From NCBI GenBank assembly GCA_964644695.1, contig CAZXWN010000015.1:1-64000 (forward strand): 64,000 bases of DNA. Reading direction: 5' to 3'. The stretch comes from an uncultured bacterium (GTDB taxonomy: Bacteria; UBP4; UBA4092). The notes under the pieces are model-generated. The model was not told the DNA's origin. It did not search any database and was given only the letters and a program-made list of their open reading frames with translations. A program made the translations under genes and the position numbers. Of this stretch, positions 1-8,494 are shown piece by piece; the stretch's first letter is position 1; every line of letters starts with the position of its first letter.

Positions 1-852
1 CATGCTCAGACAGCATCTCAGGCGAACACGGCCAGCAGTGCCTTATCGGCCGATAGTGCCCGTTACTTAACAAATGCAGCCAATATTGTTTCTGGAACAA
101 TTTCCGATAGTCGATTGAGTTCAAATGTTTCAATGACCAATAAATCAAATTATTGGGGTTCGTATACACAGCGATTTGGTGGGAAAATTGGAGTTAATTG
201 CCCCAATTACGGGTATGGATGGTTGGAAGTTGCCCAAGAAGGGTATTCACCCAATAATTTAGGTTATGGACAAATCATGTCTGTGGGAATACTTTCTACT
301 CGCCAAACTTTAGCCTTGGGCTATTCGAGTGGTAATGATTGTGGTTTTATTAGTGCAGGAAGAACTGGGATTGCCTGGACTAACTTATTGTTACAATCTT
401 GTGGTGGAAATGTGGGGATATATACCTATTATGGTCAACCCTCCGAGCGTCTTGAAATAGGCTCTGGAAACATCAAACTTGTCGGGGGGAATGTGTTGAT
501 GGCATCTGGATATACTGTAGATGGAGTAGATGTCAGTCAACAGAATGCAACATTTATTGGATCAACTGCTTCCCAAACTCTGACAGCGGCTACATATTAT
601 GATTGTGTGACCTCAGTAAATTATGTGAATGGTGGGGTCAATGTAGCATGGTCAGCTCCTTTCACAGAACCACCCGCTGTAACAACAGGAATTATTGCTA
701 ATAGTTATGACAGTTCTGTCTCATTTGATGTTCAGTGGACGAGTGTTACTGCAACAGGTGGAACTTTTAGAGTTAATCGACGTGCAAATTTTACATCAAG
801 TGAGGCCAGTACTAATGATGTGAAAGTTATGATACATGCTATTGGAAAATAA
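1..852 (+). CDS. Tail-fibre-like/adhesin protein, C-terminal part (5' truncated by the window edge)
   Basis: Frame is open from base 1 (HAQTASQANTASSALSADSARYLTNAANIVSGTISDSRLSSNV...). Contains NAANIVSGTISDSRL, GNVGI...PSERLEIGSGNI and TVDGVDVS motifs typical of tail-fibre-domain proteins; ends in a beta-rich lectin/gp53-like domain (FTEPPAVT...VTATGGTFRV). Confidence 0.6.
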   Translation, partial: HAQTASQANTASSALSADSARYLTNAANIVSGTISDSRLSSNVSMTNKSNYWGSYTQRFGGKIGVNCPNYGYGWLEVAQEGYSPNNLGYGQIMSVGILSTRQTLALGYSSGNDCGFISAGRTGIAWTNLLLQSCGGNVGIYTYYGQPSERLEIGSGNIKLVGGNVLMASGYTVDGVDVSQQNATFIGSTASQTLTAATYYDCVTSVNYVNGGVNVAWSAPFTEPPAVTTGIIANSYDSSVSFDVQWTSVTATGGTFRVNRRANFTSSEASTNDVKVMIHAIGK

Positions 853-865
853 GGAGAAAATAACA

Positions 866-1285
866 ATGACAACTCGATATATAACTTTTATTACCGCATT
901 ATTGGTTGTTTTAATGATGTCAGTTACTGCTTTTGCGAAAGATGAAATAGTTTATTCAACAATGACCGTCTTTAGTGTCTCAACATCAGAGAATGTATTG
1001 ATTCTTAATTCCGGTTGTGTTTTCAGCGTAGTGAGCCTTGAAAAGGCCCAACAGTTAAATGCTGTGGGTGTAGCGACGCTCTCAGAATCCACATCAAGTA
1101 AAGAATCGTCAATCTATACCTATGATTCAACCCGACAGGTTTTAACAGTTAAGGTACCTGAACTTAGAATTCAATTAGATTCTTTTATCAATCAAGAAGA
1201 AACCTATATGTTGGCTGTCCAGAGATACATTATTAAAAAAGTGGACCTCTATGCCAAAGAGATTTTAGCGGAACTTGAAAAATAA
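866..1285 (+). CDS. Hypothetical secreted protein
   Basis: AAGGAG RBS before ATG 866; signal peptide MTTRYITFITALLVVLMMSVTAFA; family not recognised. Confidence 0.6.
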   Translation: MTTRYITFITALLVVLMMSVTAFAKDEIVYSTMTVFSVSTSENVLILNSGCVFSVVSLEKAQQLNAVGVATLSESTSSKESSIYTYDSTRQVLTVKVPELRIQLDSFINQEETYMLAVQRYIIKKVDLYAKEILAELEK

Positions 1286-1319
1286 CATTTATGTATTGTA
1301 AAGGTGGGGAGCATAAATA

Positions 1320-4300
1320 ATGAAATATAAAAACTACTTAATACTTGTTTTATTTTTTCTTTTTCCACTAACCTTCTCTTACCCGGCTTGGTGGTGTACG
1401 TTTGATGTCCCGAGTATCAAAATTACATATCCTTTGAATAATTCAAATATAACGAGCACTGATACTGTATTTAAATGGGTTTCAAAATCACGAGTAACTT
1501 CTCTACAGGTTCGTATAAATGATTATTGGTATACTGCTTATCCAGTAGAAAATGATTGGGCTGAAGAGTATGCTGATATAGTTAAATTTGAAACGGATAT
1601 ATCATTACGCTCAGGACGAATTATTTTATTGCAACCTTATGATAGACAAGTGAACATAATTAAACTTTTGGGATGGTTAGATGAAGGCCCCCCCCCCCCT
1701 CCAGGGTGTAATTGTGGCCCAATATGGGAGACAAAAGCCCAAGCAGTTTTTAGAGTATCGCCTTCAAAAAAACATTATAATAAGCCAATTTGGGAGACAT
1801 TTAAGGGAGACCCTGTCAGCATTTCTAATGGGCATGTATTTATTCCTGAAGCAGATGTTATGTATAGTGATATGTTATTGGCTAGAAATTATGATAATCA
1901 ATATAAATATAATGATGGTTTTGGTTATGGGTGGTCATCGCCTTTTATGGTCAAATTGTTGAAGGAAACTGATGATGAATTGGTTTTATGTGATGATATG
2001 GGTCGTAGAATAGAATTTTGGTATGCTAATGAATCTTCCTATTATGGAAACAATCCCATGCGATATGGGGGTATTAAAATACAGAATGACCAATATATTT
2101 TACGAGACTATGAGAATAATACTTATGCTTTTGAAACAACGACAGGTCTGTTACAGTCTTTGATTAGCAATACTCAGGTGACAGTTGCGAATTATAGCTA
2201 TCAGAATAATAAGGTTAGTTCTATAACTGATCAATACGGCAAATCATTTTACTTTATGTGGGATGAACAAGAAAATATCCAAGAAATAAGATATCCAGAT
2301 AACTCAACTACTGGAAGGATTCTGAAATATCGATATGACTCTTATGGAAATTTGACCAGTGTTGTTAATTCAGTGGGTCTGCCTGTTAGTTATTTTTATG
2401 ATGACCCAACCACTCACTGGATAACAAAACGTGAATATGCCGGGCAAAGTATGTATTACCACTATAATGCATATGATAGAGCAACGGTTGTTTCTGGTGA
2501 TGAGGGATATCAATATTATAATTTCAGTCTGGATACTAGCACTATGCAGACGCTAGTGACTGATAAATATGGGGTATCAGAGTTGTATCAATGGAATTAT
2601 TTCGGTGTTATTGAAACAACCTATTTTAGTGATTCCTCAATGATTGTAAATGAATGGGATGGTAGTAGTCAGAACATTAGCCGGAATATTGATGAGGGTA
2701 ATAGAATTATTGATTCGTTTTATGATAGTGAATCTTTGCTGCGGTTTACAATACAATACAGTGGTGTTACAAATTTTTCGTATGTAACAACATATGAAGT
2801 GAATCCCGTATACACTGATATTACAACAATAACTGTTTCTTATGTGACGAGTTTTTCTGATAGGACCACTTTATATAGTTATAATGAAGAAACCGATACA
2901 ACTCCTGGTCGATTATTAGAGTCAATAACGGATCCAATCGGAAATATGGTTGTAAATTTATATGATTCATATGCCAGATTAACTAGTGTTTCATATTATA
3001 CAAATAGAGTTTATCAATTCTCAGAACAACTTTATTATGACCAATATGGGAATATGACTAGTTTTATTCGGCCCGATGGAAGTACATTTCAGGTGTTGTA
3101 TGATAATTTAGGGCATAGTACTTGTTATGTTTTTCCAACTGGTGAGCGGATTTTTTATTCTTTTGATGAATATGGTAATTTACTAACTGCCAGCAATGAA
3201 GTCGGACAGCAAACGATATTTGAATATGATGGTATGGATCAACTGGTTCGAACAACGAGTCCTGGAAATAGGGTGTCCGAATATATCTATGATGACCATT
3301 CAAATTTAGTTTCTTCTATTGATCCGGGTGGGCATGTAAATCAATATTATTATGACCAGTATGATCGTTTAACATGTTCTATATTGTGTGGAGCAGAAAC
3401 AACATGCTATTACTTTGATTCATATGATTTGATGACTGCATCATCAAATTCTAATGGCGTATATTCATATTATACGGTCGATTTAAAGGGGAGACCGTTC
3501 AAATCTATTAATGCTTTGGGTCAATATAGCCAAGTGTATTATGATACGGTAGGCAGAGTGACAGCACAAAGGTTGTTTGATGGGACTATTCATCACTATT
3601 GGTATAACACTTTTGGTGAAATGACTCAATTTACTTATGGGGGAGAAAATAGTACCAGTATATTAACGGGATCTCGATACTATGACTTGATTGGCCGAGA
3701 AACATCACTTTTCCTTCCTGATCGGGGGAGGGTAAATAAAGAGTATGATGTGTTCGGAAATCTCGTAAAATATATATATGGAAGTGATACTTCACAGTTT
3801 AGTTATGATGTTATGGGCCGCCGAACAAGTTATATTAGCCCCGCGGGTTTAGGCTATTCTTATTCCTATGATAGTTCAGGAAGACCCACCGAAATCATTA
3901 ATTGGGCAAATCAGACAACCCGATATTATTATGATTTGCTGGGCAGGGTCACTTCATGCCAGTATGCAAATCAAATCAGGACCCATGTTCATTATGATGA
4001 AATAGGGCAGTTAAATGAGATTCAATATTTAAAACCTAATGGATTACTGATTGAGTCTTTAACTTATGAATATGATACGGAAGGATTGTGTGTTTGGATG
4101 AAATCTTCATTGTCTGAAGAGACGACGTATTATTATTACGATACTTACCATCGATTGACAGGAGAGTTTAATCCTGGAATGGCTGGTGCAAATAAGGTTA
4201 GTTTAAAGAATACTGGAACAGGATCTTTAGGTTTCTCTTCTAATGCAGAATATCGGTTGATGTTAAGCGTAGGAGATGTCGTCAATGGAAAGTCCTTAAA

Positions 4301-5648
4301 CAATAATTACCGAGTCAAATTGGGACTGAATGCTAGTGTGGAACAAACAGGCAGGAAAGAATATTTGAATACATATCGTTATGACCCGATAGGAAACCGA
4401 TTAGAAATGGTCAGTGAAGACACATCTACATATTATGCATATGATGTGTTGGATCGAATAACCAGTTCCCATACCAGTCAAGATTCCACATTCTGGGAAT
4501 ATGATCAGAATGGTCAAGTAACACAAAAGGGTAGTTGGAATTATCAATGGAATGCTTCTGGACAATTAGTATCCGTTGGTGACGTGGAATATCGGTATGA
4601 TGAAATGGGTCGAAGAAATCTTCGAATATATAATGGCAGTACAACAGAGTATGTTTATGATGGATTGACTCCAGTTATTGAAAGAGTAAATGGTGTAACC
4701 CAGAAGATTTATACCTTAAATGGAGGAGTTGTTGGCCAAATTATTTCGGTACGAGAGAATGGACAGGATTATTATTTCAATTATGACCGACAGGGGAATG
4801 TCCGATTTATTACCAATTCTTCGGGGAATGTGATTTCACGATTTGAACAAGACGCATACGGGAATGTGATTTCTGTGTTTGGTAATGATCAATTCAATCG
4901 GCATTTTATTACCAAAGAGAAAGATCCTCAAACTGGATTATATTATTTCGGATCCCGTTGGTACGACCCGGAGACAGGGCGGTGGTTATCTCCCGAGCCT
5001 TTAGGATTGGACGGTCCCAATCTCTATCAGTATGGATTTAATGATCCAGTAAATAATTTGGACCCAGATGGCTATTTAGCTATTAGGATTAATGTGGAAA
5101 ACTATATGGTTCAAGTGGGAAAGCTAAAAGTGTTAGATTTTGAGAAGCGGATTATGGCTCCTCTTGGACATTCTGCTGTGGTGGCAATAGATGAAAAAAC
5201 TGGAAATGTAAGATACTATGAGTACGGTAGATATTCTGCCGGAGGGTCTGTGAAGGAAGTGACCCTTGATTGCAATAAAGTACAAATGTATAATGGCAAG
5301 CCAACCAGTAAATCATTGAAATCATTATATAAAGCAATATTAACTCACAATTCTGATAATAATAGTCACACTTTCATGAGAGGGAGAAAATACATACAAT
5401 TGGAAAGGATGTTGTACTTAAAGATGGAGTATTATCCTCTTGCCGATTACAATAAAGTTGTGAACTATTGCAAAAACATGGAGCGAAATAATTCTAATCC
5501 CAAGAGACCTCTTTATAACATCCTTAATCATAATTGTTTTACGTTTAGTGAGTCCGCTATAGTGGCAGGTTATTATCCTGCAACTATATATAGTTCTGAT
5601 ATTAAAAATGCGTCTATGATGAGTTTATTTTATATGCATCCTCAATAA
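1320..5648 (+). CDS. RHS/YD-repeat protein with signal peptide, DUF6531-like domain, RHS core and a papain-like (His...Cys) C-terminal effector domain
   Basis: GDPVSISNG and FGYGWS motifs, many YD repeats, core motif KEKDPQTGLYYFGSRWYDPETGRWLSPEP...NLYQYGFNDPVNNLDPDG; C-terminus has GHSAVV...YYEYGRY...YNILNHNCFTF. Confidence 0.92.
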   Translation: MKYKNYLILVLFFLFPLTFSYPAWWCTFDVPSIKITYPLNNSNITSTDTVFKWVSKSRVTSLQVRINDYWYTAYPVENDWAEEYADIVKFETDISLRSGRIILLQPYDRQVNIIKLLGWLDEGPPPPPGCNCGPIWETKAQAVFRVSPSKKHYNKPIWETFKGDPVSISNGHVFIPEADVMYSDMLLARNYDNQYKYNDGFGYGWSSPFMVKLLKETDDELVLCDDMGRRIEFWYANESSYYGNNPMRYGGIKIQNDQYILRDYENNTYAFETTTGLLQSLISNTQVTVANYSYQNNKVSSITDQYGKSFYFMWDEQENIQEIRYPDNSTTGRILKYRYDSYGNLTSVVNSVGLPVSYFYDDPTTHWITKREYAGQSMYYHYNAYDRATVVSGDEGYQYYNFSLDTSTMQTLVTDKYGVSELYQWNYFGVIETTYFSDSSMIVNEWDGSSQNISRNIDEGNRIIDSFYDSESLLRFTIQYSGVTNFSYVTTYEVNPVYTDITTITVSYVTSFSDRTTLYSYNEETDTTPGRLLESITDPIGNMVVNLYDSYARLTSVSYYTNRVYQFSEQLYYDQYGNMTSFIRPDGSTFQVLYDNLGHSTCYVFPTGERIFYSFDEYGNLLTASNEVGQQTIFEYDGMDQLVRTTSPGNRVSEYIYDDHSNLVSSIDPGGHVNQYYYDQYDRLTCSILCGAETTCYYFDSYDLMTASSNSNGVYSYYTVDLKGRPFKSINALGQYSQVYYDTVGRVTAQRLFDGTIHHYWYNTFGEMTQFTYGGENSTSILTGSRYYDLIGRETSLFLPDRGRVNKEYDVFGNLVKYIYGSDTSQFSYDVMGRRTSYISPAGLGYSYSYDSSGRPTEIINWANQTTRYYYDLLGRVTSCQYANQIRTHVHYDEIGQLNEIQYLKPNGLLIESLTYEYDTEGLCVWMKSSLSEETTYYYYDTYHRLTGEFNPGMAGANKVSLKNTGTGSLGFSSNAEYRLMLSVGDVVNGKSLNNNYRVKLGLNASVEQTGRKEYLNTYRYDPIGNRLEMVSEDTSTYYAYDVLDRITSSHTSQDSTFWEYDQNGQVTQKGSWNYQWNASGQLVSVGDVEYRYDEMGRRNLRIYNGSTTEYVYDGLTPVIERVNGVTQKIYTLNGGVVGQIISVRENGQDYYFNYDRQGNVRFITNSSGNVISRFEQDAYGNVISVFGNDQFNRHFITKEKDPQTGLYYFGSRWYDPETGRWLSPEPLGLDGPNLYQYGFNDPVNNLDPDGYLAIRINVENYMVQVGKLKVLDFEKRIMAPLGHSAVVAIDEKTGNVRYYEYGRYSAGGSVKEVTLDCNKVQMYNGKPTSKSLKSLYKAILTHNSDNNSHTFMRGRKYIQLERMLYLKMEYYPLADYNKVVNYCKNMERNNSNPKRPLYNILNHNCFTFSESAIVAGYYPATIYSSDIKNASMMSLFYMHPQ
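1688..1699 (+). repeat. C12 homopolymer inside the RHS gene (encodes GPPPPP)
   Basis: GGC CCC CCC CCC CCT read directly from the sequence. Confidence 0.9.
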
Positions 5649-5777
5649 ATGTGTTTGATTTTATAGAATACTCTCAAAGATGGGCTGTGGGGAGGGTCTT
5701 ATATACTCAAAGTGATGTTGTATATATGAATTGAAGTGTGTGACACTTTCTTAATATATATGCGATGATGAATTATT

Positions 5778-5817
5778 CCTGATTGTGGATAAGAGATGCT
5801 ATCCACAATCAGGTTTG
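5778..5817 (+). terminator. 14-bp perfect inverted repeat, probable terminator after the RHS gene
   Basis: CCTGATTGTGGATA-8nt-TATCCACAATCAGG followed by TTTG. Confidence 0.45.
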
Positions 5818-5849
5818 ATAGAGTATTCAGGCTTGGTTTTGGAGAATCA

Positions 5850-6221
5850 ATGATGTTTAAGATTAAGATACAGACTCATTTTGCGGCGGCTCATCAATTA
5901 CGGGATTATCCTGGTGATTGTGAACGGATGCATGGACATAATTATGGTGTGGATGTGGTTTGCCTGTGTGACCAATTGGATCCTCTGGGTATGGGGATAG
6001 ATTTCAAGTTTTTGAAGGCGGAAGTGAAAAAGGTCATTGAACAATTGGACCACTACAACTTGAACGAAAAACCCCAATTCAAGGACATCAATCCCAGCGC
6101 TGAAAATATTGCCCGGTGGATATATCGTACATTAAAACCTCTCGTATCGAATGACCGAGTCCAACTCCATGAAATAACGGTCTATGAAACAGATACTTGT
6201 TCTGTTACCTATTCAGAGTAA
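5850..6221 (+). CDS. queD: 6-carboxy-5,6,7,8-tetrahydropterin synthase
   Basis: FAAAHQL...CERMHGHNY, LDHYNLN, NPSAENIA, VYET motifs; GGAG RBS before ATG 5850. Confidence 0.92.
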   Translation: MMFKIKIQTHFAAAHQLRDYPGDCERMHGHNYGVDVVCLCDQLDPLGMGIDFKFLKAEVKKVIEQLDHYNLNEKPQFKDINPSAENIARWIYRTLKPLVSNDRVQLHEITVYETDTCSVTYSE

Positions 6222-6343
6222 CGGTGAATTGTTTCTTAGAAGTAATAAAAGTATTACTCTATTTTATTAACTATTGATTTGTAACTTAAATAAATACAAT
6301 CGTTTTGACTGTTTTGAAGCGGTGAAGTATCTTTTCTGGTACA

Positions 6344-6373
6344 TTGACAGCATCCCAGTGTACACCCTAGAAT
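6344..6373 (+). promoter_or_regulatory. Sigma70-type promoter
   Basis: TTGACA-18nt-TAGAAT upstream of the aminotransferase. Confidence 0.55.
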
Positions 6374-6460
6374 AATAGAGAAAAGCATTGAGGAAAATAT
6401 CTGGCAAAACCGCGTTAAACCCCACCCAACAAACTATATTTCCTAGAAAGGGATACTGCG

Positions 6461-7603
6461 ATGAATCTTAAAAAGTATATCGTTACCCCGGGCCCCGTGG
6501 ATGTACCGCCCCAAGTCCTTCTGGCGATGGCTCAGCCCATCATCCATCACCGTTCTCCGGAATACACTCCGATTTTCAAGGAAGTGAATGAAGGTCTGAA
6601 ATATGTATTCCAGACACAGAATCCAGTTCTGACCTTTGCCAGTTCTGGGACTGGAGCAATGGAATCTGCTGTGGTAAACCTGTTATCTCCAGGTGATACC
6701 ATGCTCGCCGTTAACAGCGGAAAGTTTGGTGAACGCTGGTGTAACATCGGGAAAGCCTACGGTCTGAATGTTATCGAAGAAAAAGTGGAATGGGGATACG
6801 CTGTTAAGGCTGAACGGATTGCTGAACAGTTGAAAGCCAATCCATCCATTAAAGCTGTTTTTGTTACTTTATGTGAATCTTCAACAGGTGCCTTATTAGA
6901 TGTGAAGGCTGTGGCTGAGGTTGTGAAAAAGACAGATGCCATCCTGGTGGTAGATGCTATCTCCGGACTCCTGACAACACCCCTGAAAATGGACGAATGG
7001 GGAATTGATGTTGTCGTGGGTGGTTCTCAGAAAGCTCTGATGGTTCCTCCGGGCCTCGCTTTTGCCGCAGTGAACGAGAGAGGTTGGAAATTGAATCAGG
7101 AATCAAAACTTCCGAAATTCTATTTCAGCTGGGAAAAAGCCAAGAAAAATCTTGAGAAAGATACAACTCCCTGGACACCGGCCATTTCTACTGTTTTCGG
7201 ATTGCAGGCCGCTTTGAAGATGATCAAAGAAGAAGGCATTGAAAATGTCTGGCATCGCCATGATCGTTTAGCCGCGGCGACACGTGCTGGTGTGAAAGCC
7301 CTGGGTTTGGAAATCTTTACCAAAGATGTTGCTCCGACATTAACGACTGTCTGTGCCCCAGAGGGTGTAGATGGAAAAGCATGGCTGAAGGTATTACGGG
7401 ATAAGTTTGGTGTGACTGCTGCTGGTGGTCAAGACCAGTTGACGGGTAAGATAGTCCGAATTGCCCAGATGGGTTATGCCGCCACCTTTGATGTTACGAC
7501 AGGCATATCCGTTATTGAGCTCTCCCTGAGTGATATGGGATATAAAGTCAATATGGGCGCTGGTGTGAAAGCTGCCCTGGAATATCTGGACCAGAATAAA
7601 TAG
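6461..7603 (+). CDS. Class V PLP aminotransferase (alanine-glyoxylate/serine-pyruvate family), probable phosphoserine aminotransferase
   Basis: TPGPV, SSGTGAMES, VDAIS and GSQKALMVPPG (PLP lysine); near serA. Confidence 0.88.
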   Translation: MNLKKYIVTPGPVDVPPQVLLAMAQPIIHHRSPEYTPIFKEVNEGLKYVFQTQNPVLTFASSGTGAMESAVVNLLSPGDTMLAVNSGKFGERWCNIGKAYGLNVIEEKVEWGYAVKAERIAEQLKANPSIKAVFVTLCESSTGALLDVKAVAEVVKKTDAILVVDAISGLLTTPLKMDEWGIDVVVGGSQKALMVPPGLAFAAVNERGWKLNQESKLPKFYFSWEKAKKNLEKDTTPWTPAISTVFGLQAALKMIKEEGIENVWHRHDRLAAATRAGVKALGLEIFTKDVAPTLTTVCAPEGVDGKAWLKVLRDKFGVTAAGGQDQLTGKIVRIAQMGYAATFDVTTGISVIELSLSDMGYKVNMGAGVKAALEYLDQNK

Positions 7604-7625
7604 AGATAAGATGACTGAATTAAAC

Positions 7626-7659
7626 GGGCTGCCGCTTGATTGCGGCAGCCTTTTGTTTT
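7626..7659 (+). terminator. Intrinsic terminator
   Basis: GGGCTGCCGC-TTGATT-GCGGCAGCCT followed by TTTGTTTT. Confidence 0.8.
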
Positions 7660-7673
7660 AGGAGGAAATGGAT

Positions 7674-8402
7674 ATGGTACGGAAAAAGATAATATTGGGA
7701 CGTCCCGTATCTTGTGAGGATATTGTGACCCGGTTGAAAAAGATGGAGAGTCCTTCCGACCGGGAGGGGATGGCACGGTTTGGAATTAATACAGAAAATG
7801 CTCTTGGGATTTCAGTCAAAAACCTGCGGGTATTGGCTCGTGAGATTGGTATAAATCATGAGCTGGCGATTGATTTATGGAACACAGGCATTCATGAAGC
7901 GAGACTCCTTGCCATGCTGATTGAAGAAAAAGAGAAGGTGACCCGAACTCAGATTGATGAATGGGTGGAAGTGGGGGACTCCTGGGATATTGTGGATCTG
8001 GCCTGTATCAATATATATCGCCATTTTGAGGAGGCCTGGGATTTAATGTCATCTTGGTGTCAGCGAGAAGAAGAGTATGTCAAACGCGCTGGATATTCAT
8101 TACTGGCCGTATTGGCGGTTCATGATAAGCAGGCTTCTGATAAGAAGTTTATTCAGACCTTTAAATTAATCAAGAACGCCCGAGATACTCGAAACTTCGT
8201 AAAAAAATCTGTCAGCTGGGCATTACGGGGAATTGGAAAACGAAATATGATTCTTCACGATGCGGCCCTAAACACCTCAGAACTGATGTCTGAATCAAAA
8301 GACCCCGGAACCCGGTGGGTCGGAAAACATGCACGACGGGAACTTCTTGATGAGAAGATTATCCTCCGCATCCGGAATAAAACGACTGGAAATCGGGCGT
8401 AA
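7674..8402 (+). CDS. DNA alkylation repair protein (AlkD-like HEAT-repeat family)
   Basis: GMARFGI, HEARLLA, SWDIVD, EEYVKRAG, RNFVKKSVSWALRGIGKRN motifs; AGGAGG RBS. Confidence 0.85.
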   Translation: MVRKKIILGRPVSCEDIVTRLKKMESPSDREGMARFGINTENALGISVKNLRVLAREIGINHELAIDLWNTGIHEARLLAMLIEEKEKVTRTQIDEWVEVGDSWDIVDLACINIYRHFEEAWDLMSSWCQREEEYVKRAGYSLLAVLAVHDKQASDKKFIQTFKLIKNARDTRNFVKKSVSWALRGIGKRNMILHDAALNTSELMSESKDPGTRWVGKHARRELLDEKIILRIRNKTTGNRA

Positions 8403-8494
8403 TCCTTGTTTATAGAGCATTTGACGGTCCTTAATTTATGAGATAATTAAGAATAAATAATTTGTTTTGTCATTTTGGGTAAAGGAGATAAATT

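Noticed and set aside
1-852. Prophage based on the tail-fibre-like gene
   Set aside because: No capsid, terminase, integrase or lysis genes in the window, and the neighbouring genes carry Sec signal peptides.
1681-1962. 93-aa ORF in the alternative frame over the poly-C tract
   Set aside because: Nested in the RHS gene with no RBS or recognisable domain; relevant only as the frame entered after slippage.
5778-5813. Two DnaA-box-like sequences (TGTGGATAA, CTATCCACA) suggesting an origin
   Set aside because: Only two boxes, which form the arms of one hairpin; no dnaA/dnaN context or box cluster; a terminator is the simpler reading.
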